A DNA stretch of 50,602 nucleotides from a virus (lineage: Duplodnaviria > Caudoviricetes): the IMG/VR virus record IMGVR_UViG_3300021379_000808, positions 1-50,602 of that record; one strand, given 5' to 3'. The position numbers and the translations under genes were made by a program. The notes below the pieces were generated by a model. It had not been told where the DNA came from. It saw nothing but the letters and a program-made list of their open reading frames with translations, and ran no database searches. Positions 1 to 9,732 of the stretch are shown here, one piece after another; position 1 is the first letter of the stretch; each line of letters begins with the position of its first letter.

Positions 1-189
1 AGTGGTTATGTAGTTGCCATCTTGGTCGTAGATGTCACCCGTGTCAGGGTCTAACCAGTTGCCGTTTTGGTATTGCTGGTAGCTAGAAGGGGGCGTCCAC
101 GTAGATTCATCATCATTGCCACCATCGTCGTTACCACCATCATCATTGCCACCATCATCATTGCCACCATCATCATTGCCGCCGTCGTC
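1..189 (+). repeat. Terminal direct repeat / circular overlap, left copy
   Basis: 1-189 aligns ungapped to 50414-50602, with mismatches at 88, 121, 142, 145 and 148. Confidence 0.95.
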
Positions 190-2565
190 GTTCCCGTCGT
201 CGTTATCGCCCGGAGTATCGTCTGGAGGGGGAATTAGATCGTAATCAGGATCTTGGATTCTAGCCAAAAGCTCCGGCATTGATGTCGCAAGGTTCTGAAG
301 GTTTGCTACCGCCTGAGCTTTCTGCTGTGGCGTCAAGTTTGGATCAGCGTAGATTGCACCGATAGAGGTCATTGTTTGACCCAGAATCATCGTTGCAGAC
401 TGCTGGTCAATGTTTTCTCTCTGGAACTGACGGTCAAGATCAGCCTGTATCGCCGACCATTCTTGCTGGTTTGTTTGTTGCCATTCGCTAAACGCCTGTG
501 CCGAAGCTTGTGCCTCAGCGCTTGCATCGCGGTTGAGTTGTGCCTCAGCCGCCGCAAATGTGTTCTGTATGCTCTGGTATTCAGCCTGTGCATCGCGATC
601 GAGCTGTGCCTGCTCTTCTTGGAATTCTTGCTGTTGCTCAAGAAGGCCTGTCTGCTGATCTCTGTCAGCCTGATTTTCTACAGACTGGAAGTCCTGCTGA
701 TTTTGCTGTAGCTCCAACCTTGAATCAATGTCGTTCTGTTGAATCTGAAGTTGTTGTATACGGTCAAGTTCTGCTTGAGTTCCTTGGAAATTGTTCTGGA
801 TACTTTGTATTTCTAGCTCAGCTTGGATTCTTTGGTCCTGAAGCTCTGCGGCAGACATTCGGTCTAGTGCGGATTCGCTAGATCGGAATTCCTGATCGCT
901 TTCCTGTAGTGAGATGCGAGCATTGATATCATTGTTCTGGATCTCAAGCTGTTGGATTCGATCCAATTCAGCCTGAGTGCCTTGGAAGTTGTTTTGAATT
1001 TCCTGCATCTCTCGATCATTTGAGAGACGCGCATCCTGAAGCTCTGCGGCAGACATTCGGTCTAGCTCTGCCTGTGTTCCACGGAAGCCAAGCTCAGTCT
1101 CTAGAAGGCCGCGTTCTTGATCTCGGTCAAGGGCTCTCTCGCCAGATTGGAAGTCACGATCTGCTTGGTTTTCTCCTGATTGAAATTCTTGTCGCTCTCG
1201 CTCAATCTCAAGACGAGCATCAATATCATTCTGCTGTACCTCAAGCTGTTGCAAACGATCTAGCTGAGACTGCTCTCCAGTAAAGTTATTCTGGATGTCT
1301 TGCATCTCGCGCTCATTTGCAAGGCGAGCTTCTTGAAGCTCACTAGCAGATAAACGATCAAGCGCAGACTCAGAAGACTGGAAGTCACGGTCTGCCTGTC
1401 GCTCAGTTGATTGGAAAGTTTGCTCGTTTTCCTGCAACTCTAATCGAGCATCTATATCGTTTCGCTGAACTTCTAACTGCTGTAAACGGTCTAGTTCTGC
1501 CTGAGTGCCTTGGAAATTATTCTGAATATCTTGAATCTGTAGCTCAGTCTGAATTCTTTGATCTTGTAGTTCTGCGGCAGACATTCGGTCTAACGCGCTT
1601 TCACTAGACCGGAACTCTCGATCAAGAGAAGATTCGCTTGAAGTGAATTCTCTATCAAGCTGTCGTTGGGTTGCATCAAACTCTCTATCGGCCTGTCGCT
1701 CATCGCGATCAAACTGACGCTGTCCGCCTTCAAATTCCTGTGCGTCGTCCTGCAAGAATCTAGATTGTGTGCGATCTGCATCGGCCTGAGTAGCCTGATT
1801 TCGCGAATCAGCATTAAAGCGAGAGGTCTGATTAAACTCGCCTGCGTTAAATAAGCTTGCCTGATTACCGGCATCTGCACCGAATCGGCGAGACTCATTA
1901 AGTGCCTGAGCATCAATTCTGCGATTGTCATTCTGCTGGCCGACATTAAACATATTCGCTTCATTGGTCATCTGGGTATTTGCCAGATTAACCTGATTCT
2001 GCGCCTGCTGATTCTGCGCCGCAGTGTCTGCGAATGTTCTTGCGTCCTGAAGTGCAAACGGAGCCGCCGCGTCAATCAGCGCCGCCTGAGCCGCGCCTGC
2101 CGCCATACTGGAGTTAAGTAGTCCTCGCGATGCCGCTACCTGCAATCCCTGTGCCGCCGCACGGCGCATCAACGGAGAGTTTGATGCCAGTATATTTTCT
2201 AGCTGTTCTTGGGATAGCTCGTTCTGCTGTACTGCGCGGGTTACTGCGTTTGCCTGCTCTATTTCAGCTTGGCTTGCCTCGCCTACCTGAGCCGCGTTAT
2301 AGCCTGTCGATCGGGCTCTTTCGGTTTGCGCTTGAGCAACTGGCGTAGAGCCCGGAGGAGTTGGAGTGCTTGCCTTCAACAACTGCATTGGCTGTTCCAC
2401 TCGCATTGGCTGTTCCACTCGCATTGGCTGTTGTTGGAATTGCATTGGAGCTGGAGCGCCATCACTCATCCCAGAGGCCAATAGACCCTGATTCGGATCG
2501 GGCGCAGGAGGCTGTCTAGGATCGGTAAGCTTCCTTTGCTGTTCCATTTGAAAATTAAGCGCCAT
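1..2565 (-). CDS. Putative internal virion/ejection (DNA pilot-like) protein, about 870 aa; continues across the junction to 50413-50366
   Basis: ATG at 2565 with upstream GGAGA. The segments I translated by hand share one frame (MALNFQMEQQ...NSPLMRRAAAQGLQVAASRGLLNSSMAAGAAQ...), which runs off base 1 and ends at TAA 50368-50366. Contains Gln-rich 33-aa repeats and lies with the ejected-protein genes. Confidence 0.8.
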   Translation of the reverse strand, partial: MALNFQMEQQRKLTDPRQPPAPDPNQGLLASGMSDGAPAPMQFQQQPMRVEQPMRVEQPMQLLKASTPTPPGSTPVAQAQTERARSTGYNAAQVGEASQAEIEQANAVTRAVQQNELSQEQLENILASNSPLMRRAAAQGLQVAASRGLLNSSMAAGAAQAALIDAAAPFALQDARTFADTAAQNQQAQNQVNLANTQMTNEANMFNVGQQNDNRRIDAQALNESRRFGADAGNQASLFNAGEFNQTSRFNADSRNQATQADADRTQSRFLQDDAQEFEGGQRQFDRDERQADREFDATQRQLDREFTSSESSLDREFRSSESALDRMSAAELQDQRIQTELQIQDIQNNFQGTQAELDRLQQLEVQRNDIDARLELQENEQTFQSTERQADRDFQSSESALDRLSASELQEARLANEREMQDIQNNFTGEQSQLDRLQQLEVQQNDIDARLEIERERQEFQSGENQADRDFQSGERALDRDQERGLLETELGFRGTQAELDRMSAAELQDARLSNDREMQEIQNNFQGTQAELDRIQQLEIQNNDINARISLQESDQEFRSSESALDRMSAAELQDQRIQAELEIQSIQNNFQGTQAELDRIQQLQIQQNDIDSRLELQQNQQDFQSVENQADRDQQTGLLEQQQEFQEEQAQLDRDAQAEYQSIQNTFAAAEAQLNRDASAEAQASAQAFSEWQQTNQQEWSAIQADLDRQFQRENIDQQSATMILGQTMTSIGAIYADPNLTPQQKAQAVANLQNLATSMPELLARIQDPDYDLIPPPDDTPGDNDDGNDDGGNDDGGNDDGGNDDGGNDDGGNDDESTWTPPSSYQQYQNGNWLDPDTGDIYDQDGNYITT
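108..204 (-). repeat. 15-bp tandem repeat encoding (DDGGN)n
   Basis: Repeated ccaccatcatcattg-like units in the coding frame. Confidence 0.85.
430..1900 (-). repeat. Degenerate 33-aa (3x11) coding repeats
   Basis: LDRMSAAELQ-type units start at 867, 1065, 1362 and 1593; spacings of 66, 99 and 77 aa. Boundaries approximate. Confidence 0.75.
2385..2432 (-). repeat. 18-bp tandem repeat (QPMRVE units)
   Basis: gcattggctgttccactc twice plus a partial third copy. Confidence 0.85.
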
Positions 2566-2613
2566 AGTTCTCTCCGTTAAACCAGCTCATAGATGGCAAA
2601 AAGCGTTAGGTAT

Positions 2614-2636
2614 AAAAAAAGCGCCACTAGGGCGCT
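2614..2636 (-). terminator. Rho-independent terminator after the oxygenase gene
   Basis: Minus strand AGCGCC-CTAGT-GGCGCT followed by a T run. Confidence 0.75.
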
Positions 2637-2657
2637 CTCTTGAAATGTGTTCATTGG

Positions 2658-3236
2658 TTAAAATTCGACCCATCCAGTCATAATATATTTGGTGTTGCTC
2701 AAGGGCGGATTGCCTCTGTGCGTATGCGTAAAGCCTGCCGGCCAAAGTAGAATATCTCCAGCCTTTGGCTTAAACCTTTTCCCGTAGTACAAGAACTCTG
2801 TCTCTCCGCCTTCCTCGACATCGTTTAGATAAAGAATGTAAGTCAGCACCCTATTCGATGACTGCCGATTCATATTCTCTGTATGCCAAATGTGGTAGCC
2901 CTCAGTGGGCTCCGTCTTCTGGACCTTGTGGTGCCAGATGTGGTGCTTGTCGAAGTCGTGGAGTATCTGCCACTTGCCCGAATATTCAGAGTAAACCTCA
3001 CCCCAAAACACTTGGTTGAAATCAGCAACAATCTCCAGACCTTCTGCCTCTGTCTCCTTGAATGGGTAGTAGGCTACATCGTCTTTGTTTAGCTTGTATC
3101 CTTCTCCGTTGGCCTGTCTGTCTATGACGTTACCAACAGAGTTGGCTTTATCGAACTGCTCAATGACCTTTTTGCAGTAGTCATCAGAGAAGGCAGACTC
3201 TTTGTGTAAAATAAAATCAGGGGCTTGAATTTTCAA
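2658..3236 (-). CDS. 2OG-Fe(II) oxygenase (prolyl-4-hydroxylase-like)
   Basis: YHIWHTE, LYLNDVEEGGETEF, HTHRGNPP and KYIMTGW motifs. Confidence 0.9.
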   Translation of the reverse strand: MKIQAPDFILHKESAFSDDYCKKVIEQFDKANSVGNVIDRQANGEGYKLNKDDVAYYPFKETEAEGLEIVADFNQVFWGEVYSEYSGKWQILHDFDKHHIWHHKVQKTEPTEGYHIWHTENMNRQSSNRVLTYILYLNDVEEGGETEFLYYGKRFKPKAGDILLWPAGFTHTHRGNPPLSNTKYIMTGWVEF

Positions 3237-3537
3237 TACGGGACTCCAATGATTCCGGTAAGGTATCAGGGAAGTCTACAGTGCTTGGCCAGTCTCTTAA
3301 AGCCTGTCTGTACTCTAATAAAATAGCGTGATTCGGGTAGTCTGGGAGCTTAGCAAACTCGTCTGTTTTGAACAGCTCTTCGTCTCTCCAAGCCCTTGCC
3401 TCAGCCTGAGAGATAGGTAGAAGGACAAATTCGTAGTAATCGAAATTTTCTTCTACAAAATCTGCACTGGCAATAATTGTATTAACAACATCGCCGTCAG
3501 CGTTTTTGATATTCCAATATCCTTTTTGCTGAATCAT
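3217..3537 (-). CDS. Tail fibre assembly chaperone-like protein
   Basis: ARAWRDEEL..TD and YRQALRDWP motifs; lies downstream of the fibre genes. Confidence 0.75.
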   Translation of the reverse strand: MIQQKGYWNIKNADGDVVNTIIASADFVEENFDYYEFVLLPISQAEARAWRDEELFKTDEFAKLPDYPNHAILLEYRQALRDWPSTVDFPDTLPESLESRIENSSP

Positions 3538-3541
3538 TTAA

Positions 3542-4609
3542 TTAGCCCTCGTACACGATTAAAACAGCACCGCCACCACCAGCGCCTGATGTATGCCCGT
3601 TGTTATACGATGTTACACCGCCGCCGCCACCGCCGAGACCACCATCGCCGCCAGAATTTGTGTTTGATGCTGTACCGCCGCCTCCTCCGGCAAAGGCTCC
3701 ACCACCGCCGCCAGCATTGCCTGAGCCTCCGCCAGCTCCGATAGTACCGCTTCCGCCAATTTTGTTAGCGCCTCCGCCAGCATCACCTGAATCGCCTAAA
3801 AGGGCCGTATGGTGGCTGTCTCGCTGGCTATTATTGTTGTAAGTGATGTTGGTGTTTACATACATACGCGAATGGGTAATACCGGGCGCGTTAGAGACAG
3901 TGTTTAAGTTGGAGTTGGTAGAGCTAACGCCTATAGAAAGAACGCCGCCTCCCGATGTCGTTGCGGTATTAGAGCTGTTGGCGCTAACGTTTTTTGATTT
4001 TCCTCCGATTCCAGCGCCTCCTGTGGACGCTCCCGCATTGCTATTGCACGTCGCATTGCCGCCCTGTGCGCCGATTCTGAAAAGACCAACAGCACCACCT
4101 CCTGCCGCCGCGCCTCTACTTCCACTAACATTGCGGGTTGCCGTGCCTCCGGCCCCACCTGAAAAGTTGCCATCGCCCCCAGTTGCGCCGCCGCCACTAC
4201 CGCCATTACCGACTGCTGTTGCGCCGCCAGCAGATCCATTGCCGCCACCGCCGCCATTTGCGAGCAGAGAGACACTTAAATTATTTGAGTTGACCGTTGT
4301 GGTTCCGCCAGAGCCCCCGCTTGCTACTCCTGTAGCAGACGCGCCGCCAGCGCCGACAACTACTATGATCTGGTCGCTTGTTGTAACGTCAAGAGTCTTG
4401 ACCGTACAGCCACCAGCGCCACCACCTCCAGCGGCCATAACATAAGGGGAGGCGGTATCAGCCGCCGCGCCGCCACCACCTCCTCCGCCAATACAATAAA
4501 TCTTTACTGTGCCGTCTTTTGGGAAATAGTAAGTTCCAGAAGTTGTAATAGAGTATGCAGGGACCGAGCTGGAACCGCCGCCACCAAAAAATCCTGATAA
4601 TGAGCTCAT
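3542..4609 (-). CDS. Glycine-rich tail/receptor-binding-associated protein
   Basis: Many GGGG runs, IGGGGGGG...GGGGAGG N-terminal motif, GGGGAVLIVY C-terminus. Confidence 0.75.
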   Translation of the reverse strand: MSSLSGFFGGGGSSSVPAYSITTSGTYYFPKDGTVKIYCIGGGGGGGAAADTASPYVMAAGGGGAGGCTVKTLDVTTSDQIIVVVGAGGASATGVASGGSGGTTTVNSNNLSVSLLANGGGGGNGSAGGATAVGNGGSGGGATGGDGNFSGGAGGTATRNVSGSRGAAAGGGAVGLFRIGAQGGNATCNSNAGASTGGAGIGGKSKNVSANSSNTATTSGGGVLSIGVSSTNSNLNTVSNAPGITHSRMYVNTNITYNNNSQRDSHHTALLGDSGDAGGGANKIGGSGTIGAGGGSGNAGGGGGAFAGGGGGTASNTNSGGDGGLGGGGGGVTSYNNGHTSGAGGGGAVLIVYEG

Positions 4610-7600
4610 TAAATGATCCTCCAGCCCTGAGTTGCGTTGCCTGAGTAAACAAACTCAAGGCCTATATACGCTTTGTCGATTGTCATATTCTCTGCCAATC
4701 CCATAATGTTCTGTGAGTTTCTGCCGACAGTCGTGTCGGTGAAGTTGCCCACGCTAATGTAAACCCTGTCACCCGCAGTAGGTGAAGCGGGTAGTGTAAT
4801 AGTTCTTCCCGAAGCTGTAACCGTACAGAACTCACCATCAGCAAGGGTTTTGTTCGTTGCTGTAGTTGTGGTTGTTGAGACAAGCCTGCTTGCGGTTGTT
4901 GCGCTCGTGGCGCTTGTAGCAGTTGCCGCATTCCCAGTGATGCTAATGTTTGTAGGAATTCTAGCTGTTGCAAAAGTGCCGGAAGTGATCTTGCTTGCCG
5001 CTAGGTTTGCGACCCTAGCCGCCGCTAACGTCCCTGATGTGATGTTAGAGGCGTTTGTTGTGTCTGTTGTTGCAGACGCCGCTTGGTTTGTAATGGTCCC
5101 AGCAGTTGTCGCACTTGTAGCGCTATCGACAGACACTCCGCTCTGATTGTTTAACCAACCAACAAAGCCTGTGTTGGTCATTGCTCTTAGAAAGTTATCA
5201 GAGGTTCCGTCGTCATTTCGGAAAATAATTCGGGCAGTTGTCGCAGGAGTACTTTGATCCGGATAGGTAGAGCGAACCAGCCTGCAAAAAATATCAGCCG
5301 CTGAATTTCGCGCAACAATCGTAGAGGCGGTATCTGAGGAGGAAGAATTAAGACCATCGAGAAGATCGGCGTCTAACCCCGAGCCGGAGCCGTCGTTACC
5401 TGAGTGCCAGATTGTTGATGCGGCAGAAGCGGCGCAATCGGTAAGATCTAGTGCCGCGCCTCGGTTAGTGCCCCCGCTCTCAAAGAAGCGCACACTGTTT
5501 GTCTGTAAGTCAAACGTAAGGTCTCCGCTGAGGTTTGTAGTTGGAGGTGCAGTAAGACGAATCTCTCCTCCCTCTCCCCCGCTTACAGACGTGCCACCAA
5601 TGGTTGCTATACCATCTATACTTGTCGAGCCTGTGATATTGATTCCGCCACTAGACTCCTGAATACGAACATCATTGTCTTCGGCAGTTGAGTTCTTGAA
5701 GTCAATGTAAGCACCAGCACCCGAGCGAGTAAGCTCAATCGCACCATCTGCTGAAAGCTGAACCTGATTGCTACCAGAGTTCATTGTCACTGCGCCAGCA
5801 GTGGTTAGTGTTCCGGGAAGACTTGACGCTCCATTGCTGTCGTTGATCGTTGCTGTCTTCCGGCCAGCCCAACCACTTGCCCAGTTATCTGGCGAGGAAA
5901 CAATCTCTATGCCATTTTCTGCGTTAAGATAAACCTTCTCGCCAGTCTGGCCTGTTGCTTGGCCACTAGAATCGCCGCCGTTAAGAACGAGCTGTGTACC
6001 GTTGTTCGTTCTTACTTCTGCCGTAGTAACAAGAGGAGCTGAGTAGGCGCCCGTTGTAGTGTAAGTGCCAGTACCTGATCCCTTGTTAAGCAGGTTTGCA
6101 AACGAGTGGCCGTGGCTATCGTTGGTAACAGAAATCGAATTGTAAGTTCCGCTTACATCCCCGCCAAACGTGGTGGATGTTGTAAGTGATCCCGTGATCG
6201 CACCGTAGCGACCGTCAAGGTTTACAACAACCGTTCCGCCATCGACCTGATTCAAGGTCAAGTTGCCGCTGTTTATGTCAAAAGCGACAGTTGTGATCTT
6301 GTCGTTATAGGCTGTGTTCCAGTTGCCTACTGCGGTATCAGTGATTGTATTGACGCCCATAAGAATGGTGTTGCCATTAGCGTCAAGCTGACCACCAAGC
6401 TGAGGCGTGGTGTCGCTTACTACTTCAGTGATTCCGGCAGATGATCCATCAATCGTAAAGTTGTTGCCCGTTCGGGTGACTGCAATCCCGCCACTACCAG
6501 AGAAGTCAATTGTCTCCCCAGCAGAAATGTTCTCCGCCGTACCTGCGCTTGCCGAGACGTTAAAGTTCGTGGTGTTAGTGTCGGTAGAGTTAATTGTTAC
6601 TGTGTTACCCGAGTTTGTTACCGATGCACCCCCTGAGCCCACAAAGGTAACAGTTTCGTTTTTGCCAATAGCCTCTGTACTGCTTCCGCCGTTTAATTGC
6701 CAGCCCTGATAGTTATCAAAGACAGTGCTGTTAAATGCGTTAGAGCCCAACGTCTTCTTCTCAACAAGACCTGCCGCCGTAATCATTAAAACAGGGTCTG
6801 TTGTTGAGGTTGTCGTGCCGATGTTAGTAAAGTTTACCGAAGCGTTTGTTGCGGTAAGTGCGCCAACCGATATGGCGTTAGTGGTTGTATTGCCGTTATT
6901 CGTTACTTCATCGAGAGTAAGCAGGTTTGGAGGAACATAAGCAGAATCCCAAGAGGTTCCGTTATAAACCTTCATAGTCCCGTTGTTAGTGTCGAAGTAA
7001 AGGGCTCCCGTTAGAAGGGCATTGCCGTCATTGTCTAATGCAGGATCAGATGCCTTTGGCCCAAGGTAACGATCATCGAATGAATCGTATGCCGCAACAG
7101 CGTTTGTCTCTGCCGTTTGTGCGGCGTTGGCACTGCTAAGAGCCTCACTTGCCTTTGTTGTAGCAATGCCGGCCTGAGTTGTAGCAATGCCTGCCTGAGT
7201 GGTTGCTGTGCCCGCATCTGTAGATGCTGAGTTTTCCGAGGCCAGCGCATTACTTGCTGATGTTGCCGCCTCGTTTGCTTTTGTGGTGGCCGTTCCTGCT
7301 GATGAAGACGCATTGTTAGCAGAGCTAAGGGCATTAGCCTCTGATGTCTGAGCGGCAAGCTTTGCCGCCTCTGCGTCGTCTGCGTGTCCCTCTGCAATCA
7401 CGACCTGAGAGGTCATAGCCGTCTCAACCCAGTTCTTGGTTGTCGCGTGATCTGCGTTGACTGGGGTGCCTACAGGTACTGCGGCAGAGAATCCCTGCTC
7501 TCCCACCTTTGGCGTTGGAAGCCTATCAAAGCCTGATACCGTATTATCGTAACGGTCATTAACGTCAGCCGATCGAGCGAGATCTCCAGAGCCAAGCGGA

Positions 7601-7629
7601 GTTAGATCGGGTACATATTGGTTTGTCAT
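4609..7629 (-). CDS. Tail fibre protein
   Basis: 1006 aa; Ala/Thr/Ser helical repeats, FDDRYLG...DNDGNALLTGALYF and IWHSGNDGSGSGLDADLLDG motifs; follows the nozzle gene. Confidence 0.85.
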   Translation of the reverse strand: MTNQYVPDLTPLGSGDLARSADVNDRYDNTVSGFDRLPTPKVGEQGFSAAVPVGTPVNADHATTKNWVETAMTSQVVIAEGHADDAEAAKLAAQTSEANALSSANNASSSAGTATTKANEAATSASNALASENSASTDAGTATTQAGIATTQAGIATTKASEALSSANAAQTAETNAVAAYDSFDDRYLGPKASDPALDNDGNALLTGALYFDTNNGTMKVYNGTSWDSAYVPPNLLTLDEVTNNGNTTTNAISVGALTATNASVNFTNIGTTTSTTDPVLMITAAGLVEKKTLGSNAFNSTVFDNYQGWQLNGGSSTEAIGKNETVTFVGSGGASVTNSGNTVTINSTDTNTTNFNVSASAGTAENISAGETIDFSGSGGIAVTRTGNNFTIDGSSAGITEVVSDTTPQLGGQLDANGNTILMGVNTITDTAVGNWNTAYNDKITTVAFDINSGNLTLNQVDGGTVVVNLDGRYGAITGSLTTSTTFGGDVSGTYNSISVTNDSHGHSFANLLNKGSGTGTYTTTGAYSAPLVTTAEVRTNNGTQLVLNGGDSSGQATGQTGEKVYLNAENGIEIVSSPDNWASGWAGRKTATINDSNGASSLPGTLTTAGAVTMNSGSNQVQLSADGAIELTRSGAGAYIDFKNSTAEDNDVRIQESSGGINITGSTSIDGIATIGGTSVSGGEGGEIRLTAPPTTNLSGDLTFDLQTNSVRFFESGGTNRGAALDLTDCAASAASTIWHSGNDGSGSGLDADLLDGLNSSSSDTASTIVARNSAADIFCRLVRSTYPDQSTPATTARIIFRNDDGTSDNFLRAMTNTGFVGWLNNQSGVSVDSATSATTAGTITNQAASATTDTTNASNITSGTLAAARVANLAASKITSGTFATARIPTNISITGNAATATSATSATTASRLVSTTTTTATNKTLADGEFCTVTASGRTITLPASPTAGDRVYISVGNFTDTTVGRNSQNIMGLAENMTIDKAYIGLEFVYSGNATQGWRII

Positions 7630-9110
7630 CTAGCGAGTCTCCTTGGAGAAAAATGCACCGTAACGCCATATAGCGTGTGAACAGAGTCTGTGGCGGACGT
7701 TGAACTCATAAGAATTGCAAGGTTCTTACCTACTAAACTCAAGCGGACCCTAGCGTCGTGGTGATACACAGAGTCCCAGTAAAACTGATCCCATACCGCG
7801 AAATCCCATAGCGCACCATTAGTCTGCCCTAGAGAGCCTGTGGAGCCTCTAGAGTAAAGACCTTTGCCGTAGTCGGTGGTGCCGCTTACCGCCAGATTCG
7901 TTGAGTCCCCGTCTACCGACAGGTCTGGCTGTATCATGCGGAATCGCTTGTATTGCGATGGAGATCCGTGATGGTGAAAGCTAGTTACAAGGTAGGCGTA
8001 AATTTCCTGCCCAGCAAAGTTTGTGCCCACCTCTAGCTGGTAGACATTGCCATCATCAGATCCAAAAAAAGATACAGGGGCGTTGTTCGGGAATAGCCCT
8101 TCACAAGCGCACTCAACAGAGTGCTCGTAGGCCACTCGCATAGCGCCAATCAGTTCGGTGCCTGCAAAGGTAAAGTACAGCCCCTGACGGCCATTATACA
8201 GTCGATATTGACTAGACGCACGACTAATTACTGCCAAAGACCCCAGCGGGAAGTTGCTCATATACGAGGCAATCTTCTGGCTCAAAAGGGCATACGAAAA
8301 ATTACCGTATGCTTGAGTCGCAGTCAGGCTCATTACACCTTGCTGATCGAGGCCGATAATCTGGCCGCCAATATTCGCCATTGTCTTTGGATAGGGACCG
8401 ATCTCTGTCATCGTGTCCAATCGGAAGTTGGCGCTGGTGTCCCCTGAGAGGAGCTGTGTCTTGTTCTCAGAGCCGACAATCAAAGCACTGGGCGCCGCCA
8501 TAAGGTCGGTAATTGTGTCCCCTACGGCAACCTCAAAGGCGTTTTGAACGGGGTCATATCCCGATGGATTCCCCGGCTCACTTGCTACCAGACTAGACTC
8601 TACGCCCAGAAATAGCTGGGTTCGATATCCGGCAACGCACGAAGGGTCATCAGTGCCTACGCCGGTCGTTATCTGGGTAAGCGTAGTCCCATCAAAACGC
8701 ACTGCCTTATCAACCCCATTAACGATATACATCTCTTCCTGAGCGTCTTGCCCAAAGAAGTTGTAGTTGACGGCCCGGTAGTTTCCTCCAACTGACCACG
8801 TAAAGGTGTTATCAACCTCTGACCAGCCGGAGGTGGTGGCCTTGTATAGTCTAGCGGCGGAACCATCCTCGCGAATTGCGTAAAGCTCGTTCTTGTAAAC
8901 GTGTACAAGAAGGACAGAGCCCGTACCGGGTACTGACTGAGAAGCAGTAGCCTGCCCATCATATAAATCATAACCGTAAATCCGACGATAACCGCCACCA
9001 ATAAGGCACTCGTAATTAGTAGCATCAAGGACTTCACCCGGCTGAGTAGCAAGCGGTGGAGCTTCAATGTTCCATCCTCCAATTAACGGGAAGTAGCTTG
9101 GTGTAATCAT
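7626..9110 (-). CDS. Tail nozzle / tail tubular protein B-like
   Basis: 494 aa, beta-rich, WDFAVWD motif, position after the adaptor. Confidence 0.7.
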   Translation of the reverse strand: MITPSYFPLIGGWNIEAPPLATQPGEVLDATNYECLIGGGYRRIYGYDLYDGQATASQSVPGTGSVLLVHVYKNELYAIREDGSAARLYKATTSGWSEVDNTFTWSVGGNYRAVNYNFFGQDAQEEMYIVNGVDKAVRFDGTTLTQITTGVGTDDPSCVAGYRTQLFLGVESSLVASEPGNPSGYDPVQNAFEVAVGDTITDLMAAPSALIVGSENKTQLLSGDTSANFRLDTMTEIGPYPKTMANIGGQIIGLDQQGVMSLTATQAYGNFSYALLSQKIASYMSNFPLGSLAVISRASSQYRLYNGRQGLYFTFAGTELIGAMRVAYEHSVECACEGLFPNNAPVSFFGSDDGNVYQLEVGTNFAGQEIYAYLVTSFHHHGSPSQYKRFRMIQPDLSVDGDSTNLAVSGTTDYGKGLYSRGSTGSLGQTNGALWDFAVWDQFYWDSVYHHDARVRLSLVGKNLAILMSSTSATDSVHTLYGVTVHFSPRRLAR

Positions 9111-9730
9111 ACAAGGCAGTCCGGCGCTTCAATCTTGGGTAGCTGATCTCGCTCCAAAGCGGCAAGCATCATCTCGTAGTTAATCAACGCCTTCTTCTCT
9201 AGCTCTAGAGCATCATCAAACAAGGCATAATCACGCAGGGCTGAGTAAACGATCAGCATATGGTATTGATCGGGCATTCCCGGTGCGTCGAAGTTTTCAA
9301 TCATCGAGACCGGAACGCTGTAATACTCGTAAGTAACCGTCTTGTTAGAATCCGGCTTAGCATTAAACGCAAGCTGACCGTCTGGCCTGATTGCCCAAGC
9401 TGTTGGCTCCCCGGCTTCAACTGTACGGTAGGCATTAGCAAACTCGTCATAAGTCAGCTTCTGCAAAAAATGTTCACCTAATGACACTCGCTCAATATCC
9501 TCCACGGTAGAAGGAAGCGAAACTAAATAGGTGTTTGCGGTGAGCGTGGAGGAGCCAGTAGCCCACATCCACGCCCAGTCTTTCCGCATAGACTGGATCT
9601 TTAACCAGCCGTCGTTAGTCCAATCCACAATACGCCGCATATCGCCAGTCTGTCCGACTGTTGATGACGGGCCGGTATCTGCAATACCTGTTTCTCTGAC
9701 AAGACGCTGACAAAGCTCCAAAAAAGTCAT
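9107..9730 (-). CDS. Head-tail adaptor / tail tubular protein A-like
   Basis: MTFLELCQRL...WxW...P(D)QYHMLIVY pattern and position. Confidence 0.75.
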   Translation of the reverse strand: MTFLELCQRLVRETGIADTGPSSTVGQTGDMRRIVDWTNDGWLKIQSMRKDWAWMWATGSSTLTANTYLVSLPSTVEDIERVSLGEHFLQKLTYDEFANAYRTVEAGEPTAWAIRPDGQLAFNAKPDSNKTVTYEYYSVPVSMIENFDAPGMPDQYHMLIVYSALRDYALFDDALELEKKALINYEMMLAALERDQLPKIEAPDCLV

Positions 9731-9732
9731 AG

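Noticed and set aside
376-2484. Plus-strand and alternate-frame ORFs in the track
   Set aside because: Shadows of the origin-spanning minus-strand gene
3600-4445. Pro-rich plus-strand ORFs
   Set aside because: Antisense of the Gly-rich gene
4609-7629. Diversity-generating retroelement acting on the fibre
   Set aside because: No reverse transcriptase gene and no template/variable repeat pair seen
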